This document shows positions 49,455 to 59,986 of a stretch of 64,000 nt of DNA, in pieces. Within the stretch, counting starts at the first letter, position 1. The number at the start of each line of letters is the position of its first letter. The translations under genes and the position numbers were made by a program. Source of the stretch: an uncultured Spirochaetota bacterium (GTDB lineage Bacteria; Spirochaetota; Brevinematia; Brevinematales; JAOACQ01); assembly GCA_963835575.1 (NCBI GenBank), contig CAWIGG010000005.1, positions 1 through 64,000 of the forward strand, given 5' to 3'. The notes beneath the pieces were generated by a model. The model was not told where the DNA came from and did not search any database. It saw only the letters and a list, made by a program, of their open reading frames with translations.

Positions 49455-51133
49455 TGTTGCCTGTCGGTTTTTATAACATGCTTCATGGACATACGGCAGG
49501 GTTCCCGTTAAAATAAAACGGGAGAAAAAGATGGCAAGATTTGAAAAGAACAGCCTGGAGCAGGGTGAGTTCCTCGCGATCAATATAGGCGAGCAGTTTG
49601 ATGAGAATTCCAGAGAATTTATACTAAAAGAATTCATCAAAAACCGTATTAAACTGGAGGATTTCGCGGCTTACTATAAGAACGACCATAGAGGCAGAGA
49701 GATTAAAAATCCTCGGGATGTGATCTGTGCGGTACTCTACGGTTACATTACGGGAAATCGTATCAGCCGAAAGATAGAAGATTTGCTGAAAAAACACATT
49801 GGGTTTATGTATGTTTCAAACCGGCTGAAAATTGACCATTCGGTAATTTGCGAGTTCAAGGTACTTTTTCAGGAAAAGATCGAGGAGTTGTTCAGCCAGC
49901 TTTTATATATACTCAACGAAATGGGGTCTATAGATTGGGACATGGTAGTGGGTGACGGCACAAAGATCAAGGCCTACGCGAGTAAGAATAAGAATGTGGG
50001 AAAGAAACATACCCGGAAGCTGATGGACACTTACCAGAAGATGGCGGAAAAGATTGTGAAACAAGACCTGGAACTGGAAGAATCTTACCGGGAAGGCAAG
50101 CTGGAGCAGCCTTATTACGAAGCGGAGAAGAAGCGGGTATCAAGGCGGAAAAAGATTTACGATAGTGTTTTGAACCAAATCGATGAATACAAAAAACAGG
50201 TAGAGAGAGGGGAAAAGACAGACGAAGAATTCACCAACCTGACTGATCCCGAAAGCAAGCTGATGTCTGGAAATCCGCATAGTGTGTTTATACAGGGATA
50301 TAATTCGGCGATGATGGTCAGTAATAATGATGTGATTATAGATTTTGAAGCAATCACAACACCGGAAAAACAGCATACGGAAGAAATGGTAAAGAGGGTG
50401 GAACAGAAAAAAGCGGAATTAAAAGTTGATAAGGCTAGCAAATACCTTTTTGATTCGGGTTTTCAGGACATGGAAGAGACAATCCGGATGGTGGAGGAAG
50501 GAAAAGACCTTTATGTGGATACGAAAGAGCGGGATTTCAGTGATAAATCACAGAAGCGAAGAGACTTTAAACTGGAAAAGATTGATGACGAATATATCCT
50601 GGGATGCCGGGGCGGCCGTAAGGAAAATGGGTATTTAGATCGAAATAACCAAAGATATACATTTTTGTATTCACGGAAGGGCTGTGAAAGATGTCCATTT
50701 TTCAGTGAGTGTTATAAAAACATCAAACCGAAAACACAGCAAAAGACAGTAATTTTCAGTGAGTTTGAATTGAATAATCGGTCTAAGATTGATGCTTATT
50801 TAACAAAACTTTACAGCGAAGAAGGGCAAAAGATATACAACCGCAGGATAGGTAAAGAACACGTATTTTCAAACATCAAAACACAGAAGGGTTATGTTCA
50901 GACAGTTTACAGAGGTCAACGGAAAGTGAATTTGGAGCTATGCTGGGTATCCCTTGCGCATAATTTTATGAAATATGCCCAATATTTGAGAAAATAGAGA
51001 GGATTTTGTATAGTCTGAGTATCGATTATTCGAAATTTATTATTAAAATCAGCTAAGCTGACAAAATTTTTATTTGCCCGCTTATTGTAAGGGGCTGGTT
51101 TGACTCCGAAAATGAAATAACCGACAGGCAACA
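49455..51133 (+). mobile_element. IS1182-family insertion sequence
   Basis: 15-bp TIR TGTTGCCTGTCGGTT; no clear TSD; sits in a hairpin loop. Confidence 0.85.
49531..50997 (+). CDS. IS1182-family transposase
   Basis: LYGY..SRKIE, DGTKIKA, TDPES, QGYN, DSGF, EHVFSNIK. Confidence 0.9.
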   Translation: MARFEKNSLEQGEFLAINIGEQFDENSREFILKEFIKNRIKLEDFAAYYKNDHRGREIKNPRDVICAVLYGYITGNRISRKIEDLLKKHIGFMYVSNRLKIDHSVICEFKVLFQEKIEELFSQLLYILNEMGSIDWDMVVGDGTKIKAYASKNKNVGKKHTRKLMDTYQKMAEKIVKQDLELEESYREGKLEQPYYEAEKKRVSRRKKIYDSVLNQIDEYKKQVERGEKTDEEFTNLTDPESKLMSGNPHSVFIQGYNSAMMVSNNDVIIDFEAITTPEKQHTEEMVKRVEQKKAELKVDKASKYLFDSGFQDMEETIRMVEEGKDLYVDTKERDFSDKSQKRRDFKLEKIDDEYILGCRGGRKENGYLDRNNQRYTFLYSRKGCERCPFFSECYKNIKPKTQQKTVIFSEFELNNRSKIDAYLTKLYSEEGQKIYNRRIGKEHVFSNIKTQKGYVQTVYRGQRKVNLELCWVSLAHNFMKYAQYLRK

Positions 51134-51461
51134 AGCGGTGACAAAAGAAAGTGAACCGAAAGAAAAATGCCTATTTCGAGGCCATTTTCATACGAAGCAA
51201 TCTGATAGAATGGATGTGTGCTATCCGGATGATGAATTTCGATTCCCGTTTATTATAGCCGCCTTAAAACGCCATTCCTGTCCCTCACCACTTTGTCCGG
51301 CTTAATAATCTAAGTTTATCAAAATGGTGAGAGATTACTCAGGGCAGGCCCTGCCGTAAGTATAAACTTCCTTCCTTCTATTATTATAGCAGATAGCACG
51401 ACTTGATATTGAGTTAGTTTATGTACTGATTTTGGCTAATGGAAAATGGCCTCGGGAACGG
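51134..51461 (+). repeat. Structured dispersed repeat, copy C (core 51177-51454)
   Basis: Same 13-bp IR and GGAACGG tail as copies A and B. Confidence 0.8.
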
Positions 51462-51750
51462 GGGAACGAGGACTTGATGGAGTAACAAATAAATTAATTA
51501 CAAAAGAGTTTAAGCAAAGAAGGAAAATATTGCATGGAATGAGATGGAAAGGCGCTGCGTCCGGCAGACAAAAATATTGTATTTAAGAGAATATTTTATT
51601 TTAATTGAGACTATAGCGCTGATCCGATCATGTGGAATTATCCGCACATTTTGCCTTTTCTCTAATTGCCTTTAACTTCAATAATCATTATATTTAGATA
51701 TATGAACAACCTTACGGCTTCTCCGGAAAAAAACCTTTAAGGAGGCGCCT

Positions 51751-51954
51751 ATGATCATAGCACCGGTACAGGGACCTATGGAGATAAAACCCGTCCGAAA
51801 AGAACTCGATGATATCAACTCTGACAATAAAATCAGGGAATACGAAAAAGAAAATGAAAACAATATCAGGGACGAGGATAAGTCAAAAACGGAAAACTCG
51901 AAGCAGGCAGTTAAGGAAAAAGATCTTGGGAAAAATATAGATGTAACGGCATAA
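51751..51954 (+). CDS. Small hypothetical protein (C-terminal LGKNIDVTA)
   Basis: RBS AAGGAGG; the C-terminal motif resembles YjfB-like motility-associated peptides. Confidence 0.55.
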   Translation: MIIAPVQGPMEIKPVRKELDDINSDNKIREYEKENENNIRDEDKSKTENSKQAVKEKDLGKNIDVTA

Positions 51955-52100
51955 AGCAGATTTCCGGATCTTTACTCAAATCCCTTCTTTTCTATAATAT
52001 CTGGATATATTCTCTTCAATATTTTATAATAAGGGCAGTTCTAATAACTGACAAAATACATTTATTTTGAGAACAACTATCGATTTAAATTAAAGATTTA

Positions 52101-52151
52101 AGCACTTCCAAAAACTTCTATTTAACAAATATGGTAGTTTTTGGAAGTGCT
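52101..52151. repeat. Short MITE-like palindrome
   Basis: 16-bp IR AGCACTTCCAAAAACT; related GGGCAGTTC end at 52033. Confidence 0.55.
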
Positions 52152-52192
52152 CTAATCCAATTTATTTCTATTGCGGATTGGGAGGACTTTGT

Positions 52193-53315
52193 ATGAAGAC
52201 TTTAAATATTCTCTCCGGAAAAACGGACATCTCTCCGCGTGATGCGGGCTTTATTCCATCAAAATTGAATGAACTGGACAACCTCTTTCTCGGCTTGATT
52301 GAAAAAAGCAAACTGCAGGGCGCGAGCTACCTGATTTCCAGAAACGGGAAGATCTTCGGCATGGAAATCGATGGGAAAGCTGACCAATAAACCGGATAGC
52401 CCCGCCCTGATGCCGGACTCGATCCGGCATATCGGTTCCGTCAGCAAGCTTTTTACAGCGACCGCGTTCATCCAGCTCGTGGAAAAAGGACTCATTAATA
52501 TCAGTGATCCGGTCATGTCCGTCCTTCCGGAATTTAATAATCCCATGCTGAGCAAAATAACGCCGTTTCATCTGCTGACGCATACCTCCGGACTGACCGC
52601 CGATTCAGGCTACTTTCTGGAACCGTATATGAGAGATATTGACAAAGAGATTCGGAATAAGGACTGGCTTAAAGCCGTCCTGAAAGGCCCACTTCAATCA
52701 AAACCGGGGGAAGTCTGGAGCTACTGCTCCATCGGTTTTATGATATTGGCGAAAGTTGTCAGCCGGTTAAACAAAATATCTTTTGAAGATTATGTGGTGA
52801 AAAATATTCTCCAGCCCCTGGGGATGGAAAGATCATTTTACGATATCCCAAAAAAATACCTGAATGAGGTCTGTTATACCCTTGACTGGGAGGAGAATTT
52901 GTTAAAAAAGTGGTGGCCGGCCGGACCGCCGAGGGGCTGGGCATGGCTTCATACGACGCTTCACGACCTCTGGAAATTCTCGCAGATGATGCTGAATAAG
53001 GGCGAGTTGAACGGCGCGAGGGTCCTTTCCCGTAAAAGCGTCGAGGCGATGACAAGGAACCAGCTTCAGGAAGTCCGTTCCTCCTACTGGGGCACTGATT
53101 TCAAGGCTCTTCCTTACGGCCTCGGCTGGTCGCTTGTCGGAAATGAACTGATGTCGCCCGGCACATATAACCATGAAGGCTGGGGACGATGCGGATTGTA
53201 TATCGACCCGGCGGAACAGCTGATCTTTATTTATTTTGTCCCGACTACCGTGGAAGCATGGTTCCCCGAATCGATCGTCAACCCGCGGAATATTGTCTGG
53301 TCGGGAATACTCTGA
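52193..53315 (+). pseudogene. Serine hydrolase (beta-lactamase class C-like) split by a +1 frameshift
   Basis: SVSK, LLTHTSGL, YCS, HEG; removing one G at 52358/9 fuses the two ORFs (KIFAWKSMGKL). Confidence 0.75.
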
Positions 53316-53419
53316 AATATTGATATTGAAGACCCGCTTAAACAAACGGTTTTAAACCTAAATTGACTAAAAATTTCTTTCTTTCTATACTGAATATATT
53401 AAATTATGGCAGAGAACTT

Positions 53420-53755
53420 ATGATAAAAAGGAAGATTGCTTCTCCTCAAATTTTTAAATTGAAAAATTTACTTGAAAACATGAAAATTCATTATGATTCA
53501 ATTTATCTTTTTGGAAGCAGGGCTAAAGGAACAAATAACAGGAACAGCGACTATGACTTTTTCATCATACTCAACGGCATTCAAACACCTCAGGAAATAA
53601 GGGATATGAGAATAAAATTGAAAATCAGAATGAAAGAAATGTTTCCCAACAAGTCTTTTGACATTCTTTCACGTAATCTGGACGATTTCAATTTTTATAA
53701 AAATACAGTTAATACAATCGATAATACCGTTTATGAAGAAGGCGTTAAGTTATGA
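53420..53755 (+). CDS. Minimal nucleotidyltransferase (MNT) antitoxin
   Basis: LFGSRAKG..SDYD (GSx10DxD). Confidence 0.85.
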   Translation: MIKRKIASPQIFKLKNLLENMKIHYDSIYLFGSRAKGTNNRNSDYDFFIILNGIQTPQEIRDMRIKLKIRMKEMFPNKSFDILSRNLDDFNFYKNTVNTIDNTVYEEGVKL

Positions 53756-54144
53756 AAACCGATGTTGTGGAAAATTTCTTAATAAAAGCTGACCATGACA
53801 TTGAAGCCGCCTCATTGCTTTTTAAAAACAATCCTCTTTTCACTGATACAATAACATATCACTGCCAGCAGGCTGTGGAAAAATATCTGAAAGCTTTTTT
53901 GACTTTTCATAAAATCAGGATAAAAAGTAATCATGAGCTTGTTGATATCATTAATGAATGCATAAATCTTGATAAAGAATTTGAAAAATTCCTGACAAAA
54001 GAATTTTATCAACTCGACGATATTGGAATGAGCGTGAGATATTCTGATATAATCTGCGATCCGTCTCAGGAAGAAACGTCTTCTTACATCTCATTGACTG
54101 AAAATATGAGAACATTCATTAAATTAAAACTGAATAAGAATTAA
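53752..54144 (+). CDS. HEPN domain protein
   Basis: YHCQQAVEKYLKAFL, HEL, VRY; overlaps the MNT stop (ATGA). Confidence 0.85.
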   Translation: MKTDVVENFLIKADHDIEAASLLFKNNPLFTDTITYHCQQAVEKYLKAFLTFHKIRIKSNHELVDIINECINLDKEFEKFLTKEFYQLDDIGMSVRYSDIICDPSQEETSSYISLTENMRTFIKLKLNKN

Positions 54145-54247
54145 ATTTTCATATCTTAATATTACAAAATCATAAGCAATGGCGTATTTTTTAAAAATAT
54201 ATTCTATTCATTGTTTATAAAAATATAGTAAATACAGGTAAAAATTT

Positions 54248-55057
54248 ATGCGCCGGATCATAAACATCCTGAAGGCGACAGCCTTTGTCACATACAAGGA
54301 ATGGGCGGCATACCGCTCCCATATGGTGCTTTCATTATTTATCGGGCCTGTTTTTTTCCTCACGCAGATCTTTATATGGAAGGCTGTTTTCACCGGCAAA
54401 GATGTTGTGAACGGCTTTACATTTAATCAGATGATCGCTTATTGCGGGATCATCGCGCTGATCAATTATGTCATCATGGATTTCGCGGACTGGAACCTGC
54501 AGATGCTCATCCGCACCGGCCGGTTTTTGACATTCATTTTGAGGCCGATTTCGCACCGCTTCTTCGCCTTTTCGCAGAAGGTCGGGCACAGGCTCCTCGG
54601 TTTCTGGCTCGAGTTCCTTCCGGTATATCTCCTGTTCTTTTTCGTCTTTAAAATAAAACTGATTCCGGTTTATCCGGGATGGTTTTTTCTTTCCCTGTTC
54701 CTGAGCTTTATCATGATGTTCCTGGTCAATTACAGCGTCGGGATCCTCGGCTTCTGGCTGACGCGGACGGAAGGCGTCCGCAGGATGTTCCTGATCTTCC
54801 GCGATATTTCGGCCGGTGTTTTTATTCCGCTTACTTTTTTCCCAGCCGCCGTCCAGAATATTCTGTTTTTCCTTCCCTTTCAGTTTATCAGCTATGTGCC
54901 GGTCAGCGTTTTTATCGGAAAGTACGCGATGGGCGGATTGTCTCTTTCCATTCCGGCCGTAGTCGCGGTGCAGGCCCTTGCCGTGCTGATCATGCTGGGC
55001 ATGACCGAAGTCCTCTGGCGGATGGGTATCAAAAGGTTCACGGGGGCCGGCGCATGA
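54248..55057 (+). CDS. ABC-2 family (DUF990-like) permease
   Basis: AYR, IRTG..ILRP, FIPLTFFP..LPFQ. Confidence 0.85.
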   Translation: MRRIINILKATAFVTYKEWAAYRSHMVLSLFIGPVFFLTQIFIWKAVFTGKDVVNGFTFNQMIAYCGIIALINYVIMDFADWNLQMLIRTGRFLTFILRPISHRFFAFSQKVGHRLLGFWLEFLPVYLLFFFVFKIKLIPVYPGWFFLSLFLSFIMMFLVNYSVGILGFWLTRTEGVRRMFLIFRDISAGVFIPLTFFPAAVQNILFFLPFQFISYVPVSVFIGKYAMGGLSLSIPAVVAVQALAVLIMLGMTEVLWRMGIKRFTGAGA

Positions 55058-55836
55058 AAAAAGCAATCAAAATTTATTTGATCGGCCTGAGAAACGCCTT
55101 CGCGGAGCGGATGGCATACAGGGGGGACTTTTTTATCAGCATGACCATCATGCTGATCCTTGAGTTTATCGTGCCCCTTGTGACGTATCTCATATACCGC
55201 TCCGGCATGGCTTTTCCCGGATGGAGCCTTTATGAAATGCTCCTTCTGCAGGGAATTTTTATGCTGGCCAAAGGGATCGCTTTTCCGCTGTTTTTCGGCA
55301 TCGTCTGGAATGTCCTGGAAAGGGTGCGGGAAGGCACGTTTGATCTCCTGATCATTAAACCAGGGTCCATACTCTTTATGACAATCATTACGGGAATTGA
55401 CATAGAGGATTTCGGCAAGCTTCTGGGCGGCTTCCTTCTATTCGGGATCGGCTGTTCGCATATTCAGCATATCAGCATCATCCAGTGGCTTCAGTTTATT
55501 CTGCTTCTGATATTATCCGTATTGGTCCTTTTCTCTTTTTCACTCTTTATGGCAGGAAGCGTATTCAAGTGGGTGGGAAATTCCCGCGTTTACGAATTAT
55601 TTAATTCCGTGATGTCATTCGCCACCTACCCCCGCTCTATTTTTTCCAAAGGCCTTCAGACAATCATCAGCTGGGTAATACCCATAGCGATGGTGGCCTA
55701 TTTCCCCGCTTCCGCCCTTTTGACAAAATCGTCGGAAGGCATCCTGTATGCCGCCCTGTCCGCGGCCGTATTTTTTATTTTAAGCCTTTTATTCTGGAAA
55801 TATATGCTCAGGCAGTACACAAGCGCCGGAGGGTAA
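55054..55836 (+). CDS. ABC-2 family (DUF990-like) permease
   Basis: ATG 55054 overlaps the previous stop; AYRGDF, GWS, EGTFDLLIIKP, YTSAGG. Confidence 0.85.
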   Translation: MKKAIKIYLIGLRNAFAERMAYRGDFFISMTIMLILEFIVPLVTYLIYRSGMAFPGWSLYEMLLLQGIFMLAKGIAFPLFFGIVWNVLERVREGTFDLLIIKPGSILFMTIITGIDIEDFGKLLGGFLLFGIGCSHIQHISIIQWLQFILLLILSVLVLFSFSLFMAGSVFKWVGNSRVYELFNSVMSFATYPRSIFSKGLQTIISWVIPIAMVAYFPASALLTKSSEGILYAALSAAVFFILSLLFWKYMLRQYTSAGG

Positions 55837-55888
55837 AAAAAATGAAACAGATATCACAATTTTATCCGAAGTGAATGAACTGAGGACC

Positions 55889-55978
55889 GGGTAATCCGCT
55901 AATGCACGCGAATGCACGCGAAAAGGAATTGGGGAAAATAAAAATTTATTGGCGTGCATTCGCGTGGCTTCGCGGAAG
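55889..55978. repeat. CACGCGAAT-type repeat, copy 3
   Basis: Same termini as 11045-11139. Confidence 0.72.
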
Positions 55979-56019
55979 ATTTGAAATCAACCTCTCAAAT
56001 AAACTTTCAGGAGTAAAAA

Positions 56020-56997
56020 ATGATCATTACAGTCAAGAATCTTAAGAAAACATATATGACCTATAAACGCGGCGATAAATTCCTGGAAGTCCTCAAGAGC
56101 CTGATCCTGCCGAAAAAAGAGCTTGTCCACGCCCTGAAGGGCATCAGCTTTTCCATTGAAAAAGGAGAGCTTCTGGGCCTTCTGGGACCGAACGGCGCGG
56201 GCAAGTCCACGACGATCAAGATCCTGACAGGCGTTCTCTATCCCGCTTCCGGCGAGGTCAGCGTTATGGGCTATACGCCCTGGAAACAGCGCCGCAAGTA
56301 TGTACGGAATATCGGGGCTCTCTTCGGCCAGAAGTCGCAGCTGATCTGGGATATTCCCCCGCTCGACGCCTTCCGGCTGAACCAGGCAATTTACGACATT
56401 CCGGAGCAGGTCTTTAAAAAGCGCCTGAATGAAATGACGGAGATGCTTTCGGTAAAAGAGCTCATCACGAAACCGACGCGGAACCTTTCACTCGGCGAAC
56501 GTATGAAATGCGAGTTCATCATGGCCATGCTCCACAGGCCTGAAATTGTATTCCTGGACGAGCCGACGATCGGGCTGGACGTGATAGCCAAAGAAAAAAT
56601 ACGCGAATTCATCCTGGAAATGAACAGCCAGGGTACGACCTTTATTTTAACAACACATGATATGGATGATGTGGAGCGCCTCGCCAGAAGAGTGATCGTC
56701 ATCAATTTCGGGGAGATTGTTTTTGACGATACCATCGGCTCGCTCAAAAAATACCTCGGCACAAAAAAGGTGATCCATCTCGCGACGCATAATCCCCTTC
56801 CGGAGTTGAAGAAACCCGGCATTGAAGTCGTCAACTGGGTATCGGATTATGATGTGGAATTGAAGCTGGACATTTCCCGGATCCGGCTCAATGATTTCAT
56901 TGAGGAAATAAATAAAAAGAGCTCCATTGCCGACATGTCCATCGGTGAACTGCCCATCGAAAGCATTATCAAGGAGCTTTATCTGCATAAGAGGTAG
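56020..56997 (+). CDS. ABC transporter ATP-binding protein
   Basis: GPNGAGKST, LSLGE, LDEPT, TTH. Confidence 0.93.
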   Translation: MIITVKNLKKTYMTYKRGDKFLEVLKSLILPKKELVHALKGISFSIEKGELLGLLGPNGAGKSTTIKILTGVLYPASGEVSVMGYTPWKQRRKYVRNIGALFGQKSQLIWDIPPLDAFRLNQAIYDIPEQVFKKRLNEMTEMLSVKELITKPTRNLSLGERMKCEFIMAMLHRPEIVFLDEPTIGLDVIAKEKIREFILEMNSQGTTFILTTHDMDDVERLARRVIVINFGEIVFDDTIGSLKKYLGTKKVIHLATHNPLPELKKPGIEVVNWVSDYDVELKLDISRIRLNDFIEEINKKSSIADMSIGELPIESIIKELYLHKR

Positions 56998-57188
56998 GGC
57001 GGGCTTTTTTTTAAAAGAATTCTTTTTTGTAATATCCGATTGTTCACGCGGATGACACGGATGACGCGGATTTATGAGGATTTAGCTGTTATTTAAGACA
57101 GTTGGTTAGTCAAAGCATTTATTTTACGGCAGAGGCGCAGAGAGCACGGAGAATGTGAATATTGCGCTTATACAAAATAGAGCCATAT

Positions 57189-57255
57189 ATTTCCCGGATC
57201 CGGTTCAATGATTTTATTGAGGAAATAAATAAGAAAAGTTCTATCACCGACATGT
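57189..57255 (+). repeat. Short diverged copy of the ABC ATPase 3' region
   Basis: Aligns with ~56873-56939. Confidence 0.75.
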
Positions 57256-57602
57256 GAAGCCCATATCTGCGGTAACCTTAAAATAAACAGTTTAAGGGAT
57301 ATATTCGAAATGAAGGACATAAAAAAGTGCCGATTGGGAAAAAGTAGAAGGAACAAAAAAGGAATTTAAGGAATTACTTATCGACATGGCGGATAAGACC
57401 CTGTACTAAGCTAAAAACACAGTCTGCACAAATTGCAATTTCCGCTCTGAAAAATTTGAGTTGTTTATAGATGATAAATACCCGAAATGCGAAAGAACGT
57501 GTGTCCTTATTAGTAATAAATATAACTTGTTCGCAAATTAGTCTGGCTGCAGACTAATCAGTATAGAAAGCAAAGCTAAGGCTGGTGCAGGCAAATACGA
57601 TG

Positions 57603-58331
57603 CTATAAAATTATTTCGCTGAATAAATTATTTTTATGATTCTTTTTAAATAAATCAATTCGATTATTTATCAAATATTTATTTTTCCTAATAATAAAAA
57701 CATATAATCGTGCTGTTCCCTTATGATACCATAATATTCTTATTGATAAATCCCGAATTAAGTTTTTAATATATGGAAATATTTTTTCCTTTGAAAATGA
57801 CACTAAACCTCCTTTATATCTTGGTCCGTGCTGATATAACACAAGATCTGATGATGTTTTTTCTAAATATTCTTTCAGATCATCGCAAGTAACATACTTT
57901 GATAAATCCTTTCTTTTCTCATTAAATGCAATTCCATTATCAGGATCAAGAAAAATAATATCAGATTTTGACAATGTGGTTATCGAATTATTTAACCATA
58001 TAGATCTATTATTTTTATCAACAGGTTTAGAATAATAAGTTGTTGCAGGTAATAGGTCCTTATTTTCAATCTGGTCAATGGCACGTCTGGTACTAATTTC
58101 TTTAAGTAATTTATATATTTTATTACTTAATGGAGGCAATGATTCTATTAGATGATTTTTATCATGTTCAAGATACCCTACCTTGTTTCCATCTGATTTA
58201 TCATCATTAGGTGTTAAATACCAATTAATGCCCAATGATAAAGAATTATTATCATTCTCAGGATGGATAATATAGTGCAATAAAAGATATTTTCCAAAAT
58301 CACCAATATCACAAACGTATTGATTCTTCAT
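57603..58331 (-). CDS. Hypothetical protein, possible methyltransferase-like fold
   Basis: MKNQYVCDIGDFGKY, WYLT, FLDPDNG, YQH; RBS GAGGAG. Confidence 0.55.
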   Translation of the reverse strand: MKNQYVCDIGDFGKYLLLHYIIHPENDNNSLSLGINWYLTPNDDKSDGNKVGYLEHDKNHLIESLPPLSNKIYKLLKEISTRRAIDQIENKDLLPATTYYSKPVDKNNRSIWLNNSITTLSKSDIIFLDPDNGIAFNEKRKDLSKYVTCDDLKEYLEKTSSDLVLYQHGPRYKGGLVSFSKEKIFPYIKNLIRDLSIRILWYHKGTARLYVFIIRKNKYLINNRIDLFKKNHKNNLFSEIIL

Positions 58332-58362
58332 AAAACTCCTCCTCTATTTAAGAATTTTGTAT

Positions 58363-59679
58363 TTATAACAATTCATATTTATCATAATCATAAAAAACAC
58401 ATGATTCTTTATTGAAAAGCAAAACTACCTCCCCAGAAAAGCCATTCCTATAATGTACAACTTCTAATCTGGTCAAATCTGGTTCAGCCTCCCTTGAAAA
58501 ATATTCTAAGCGATTAATAAACGCTGCTAAATCTGAATATTCAATCAATCCTGGAGGCATTTGCGAGACTAATGCGCTTTCATTTTCTAATTCTAGAGTT
58601 TTTAAACTAGTATTAGTCAAACATGTAACAATTACAGCTATGTTATACTCTTTAGCGATATTTTTTAAAGCAAAAAAAGTTTCTTCCCATAAAATGTTTT
58701 GATGTTCTTCAATTCCAATTTCTAAAATTGACTCTGTTTCATCTTGATAACTACCTTTCCATCTTAATTTATTTGCCCTTAGATATTCAACGCCATCGAT
58801 TATTAATATTTTAATTGGTTTTTGTCTGCGATAATCACGGACTTTGGACAAAGTTAATCCCTTATCGAAGTAAAAATACAGCGGCAGGTCCTGCATTTCC
58901 TTTATGACCTTTTCATAATCCAAAGACTTTGGATCTTTTTCATTCAATGACATACAGGTTTTAATATTTTCTCCTGTAAGAAAAGACAACAACCTGATAG
59001 CCATTGCTGGTTCTGATAAACCCGCCGAAATAAACAGCGTCTCATGACCTTTTTTTACGAATTCAAATATTGCGGGGATTACAAATGCAGTTTTACCAAT
59101 ACTTTTATCACCGCATATAACATAGAGTTCGCCATTATGGAAACCTCCAAATCTTTTGTCAAAATCATTGTAACCACTAAGGAAAGACTTGTTTGCATCT
59201 TTAATTTTATGGTTTAATAACCGGTTAATATTTATTATATCTGATTGATGATAACTTTTGCTTAAAATTGTTATCTGTGTTTCTAAGCATCGAATTAATC
59301 CATATTTTGAATATACTTCGAGTCTATCTTTCTGAATTAAGTCGTTTAAATTGTTTCTAACCTTTCTATTCGCGGAAATTTCTAAAATTTGATGTGCCAT
59401 ATCCAGAAGTTCATTATTGTCGATATAAATTGTTGTCTCACTAAACACACTATAATAAGATGGGGATTCCATGACAGACTCTAACATCGACTGGTCAACA
59501 TGATTTTTCGAACAATATTCTTTCCGCATTAATTCATACGCAAGACAACAATCCTTGTCAAAAAAATCATCTTTAATTAATCGATTTATGAAAATTGGAA
59601 AAATATCCTGATTATGTAGCAGACCATTGATAAATTGCTTTTCTAGATTTTTGTTTTCAAAGACCATAATTTCCCTCAT
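58363..59679 (-). CDS. Divergent DnaB-like helicase-fold protein
   Basis: DnaB N-domain, SGYNDFD..GGF, GDKSIGKT, IIDG, IEYSD, RNG. Confidence 0.75.
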   Translation of the reverse strand: MREIMVFENKNLEKQFINGLLHNQDIFPIFINRLIKDDFFDKDCCLAYELMRKEYCSKNHVDQSMLESVMESPSYYSVFSETTIYIDNNELLDMAHQILEISANRKVRNNLNDLIQKDRLEVYSKYGLIRCLETQITILSKSYHQSDIININRLLNHKIKDANKSFLSGYNDFDKRFGGFHNGELYVICGDKSIGKTAFVIPAIFEFVKKGHETLFISAGLSEPAMAIRLLSFLTGENIKTCMSLNEKDPKSLDYEKVIKEMQDLPLYFYFDKGLTLSKVRDYRRQKPIKILIIDGVEYLRANKLRWKGSYQDETESILEIGIEEHQNILWEETFFALKNIAKEYNIAVIVTCLTNTSLKTLELENESALVSQMPPGLIEYSDLAAFINRLEYFSREAEPDLTRLEVVHYRNGFSGEVVLLFNKESCVFYDYDKYELL

Positions 59680-59986
59680 TTCTAAATTTTAAGATATTAA
59701 TCTTTGCATCCAATTGTTTATATCATATTTTATATCCTATTGTCAAGTGAGGGGGGATACCATAGAGCTATTACAAATATAACCATTTCAAAAGTATAAA
59801 AAAGGGGGAGAGTTGTTTTGATATGTACTTTGATTTGATGTATTATTATATTCCAATAATTTGAAATATTTTCAAAAAAAGAATAATAATGATAAAGCTT
59901 AAAGAGAAATATGTGCTATTGTGTTATTGTGTTATCATATCATATACGCCAAAGCGTGAACATATTGCCTGATGTGAATATATTAT

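Noticed and set aside
54679..55053. N-terminal extension of the 385-aa ORF
   Set aside because: Overlaps the upstream permease out of frame; the real start is ATG 55054
57340..57445. GGDEF C-terminal remnant (LIDMADKTLY*AK)
   Set aside because: Too short and interrupted to support as a feature
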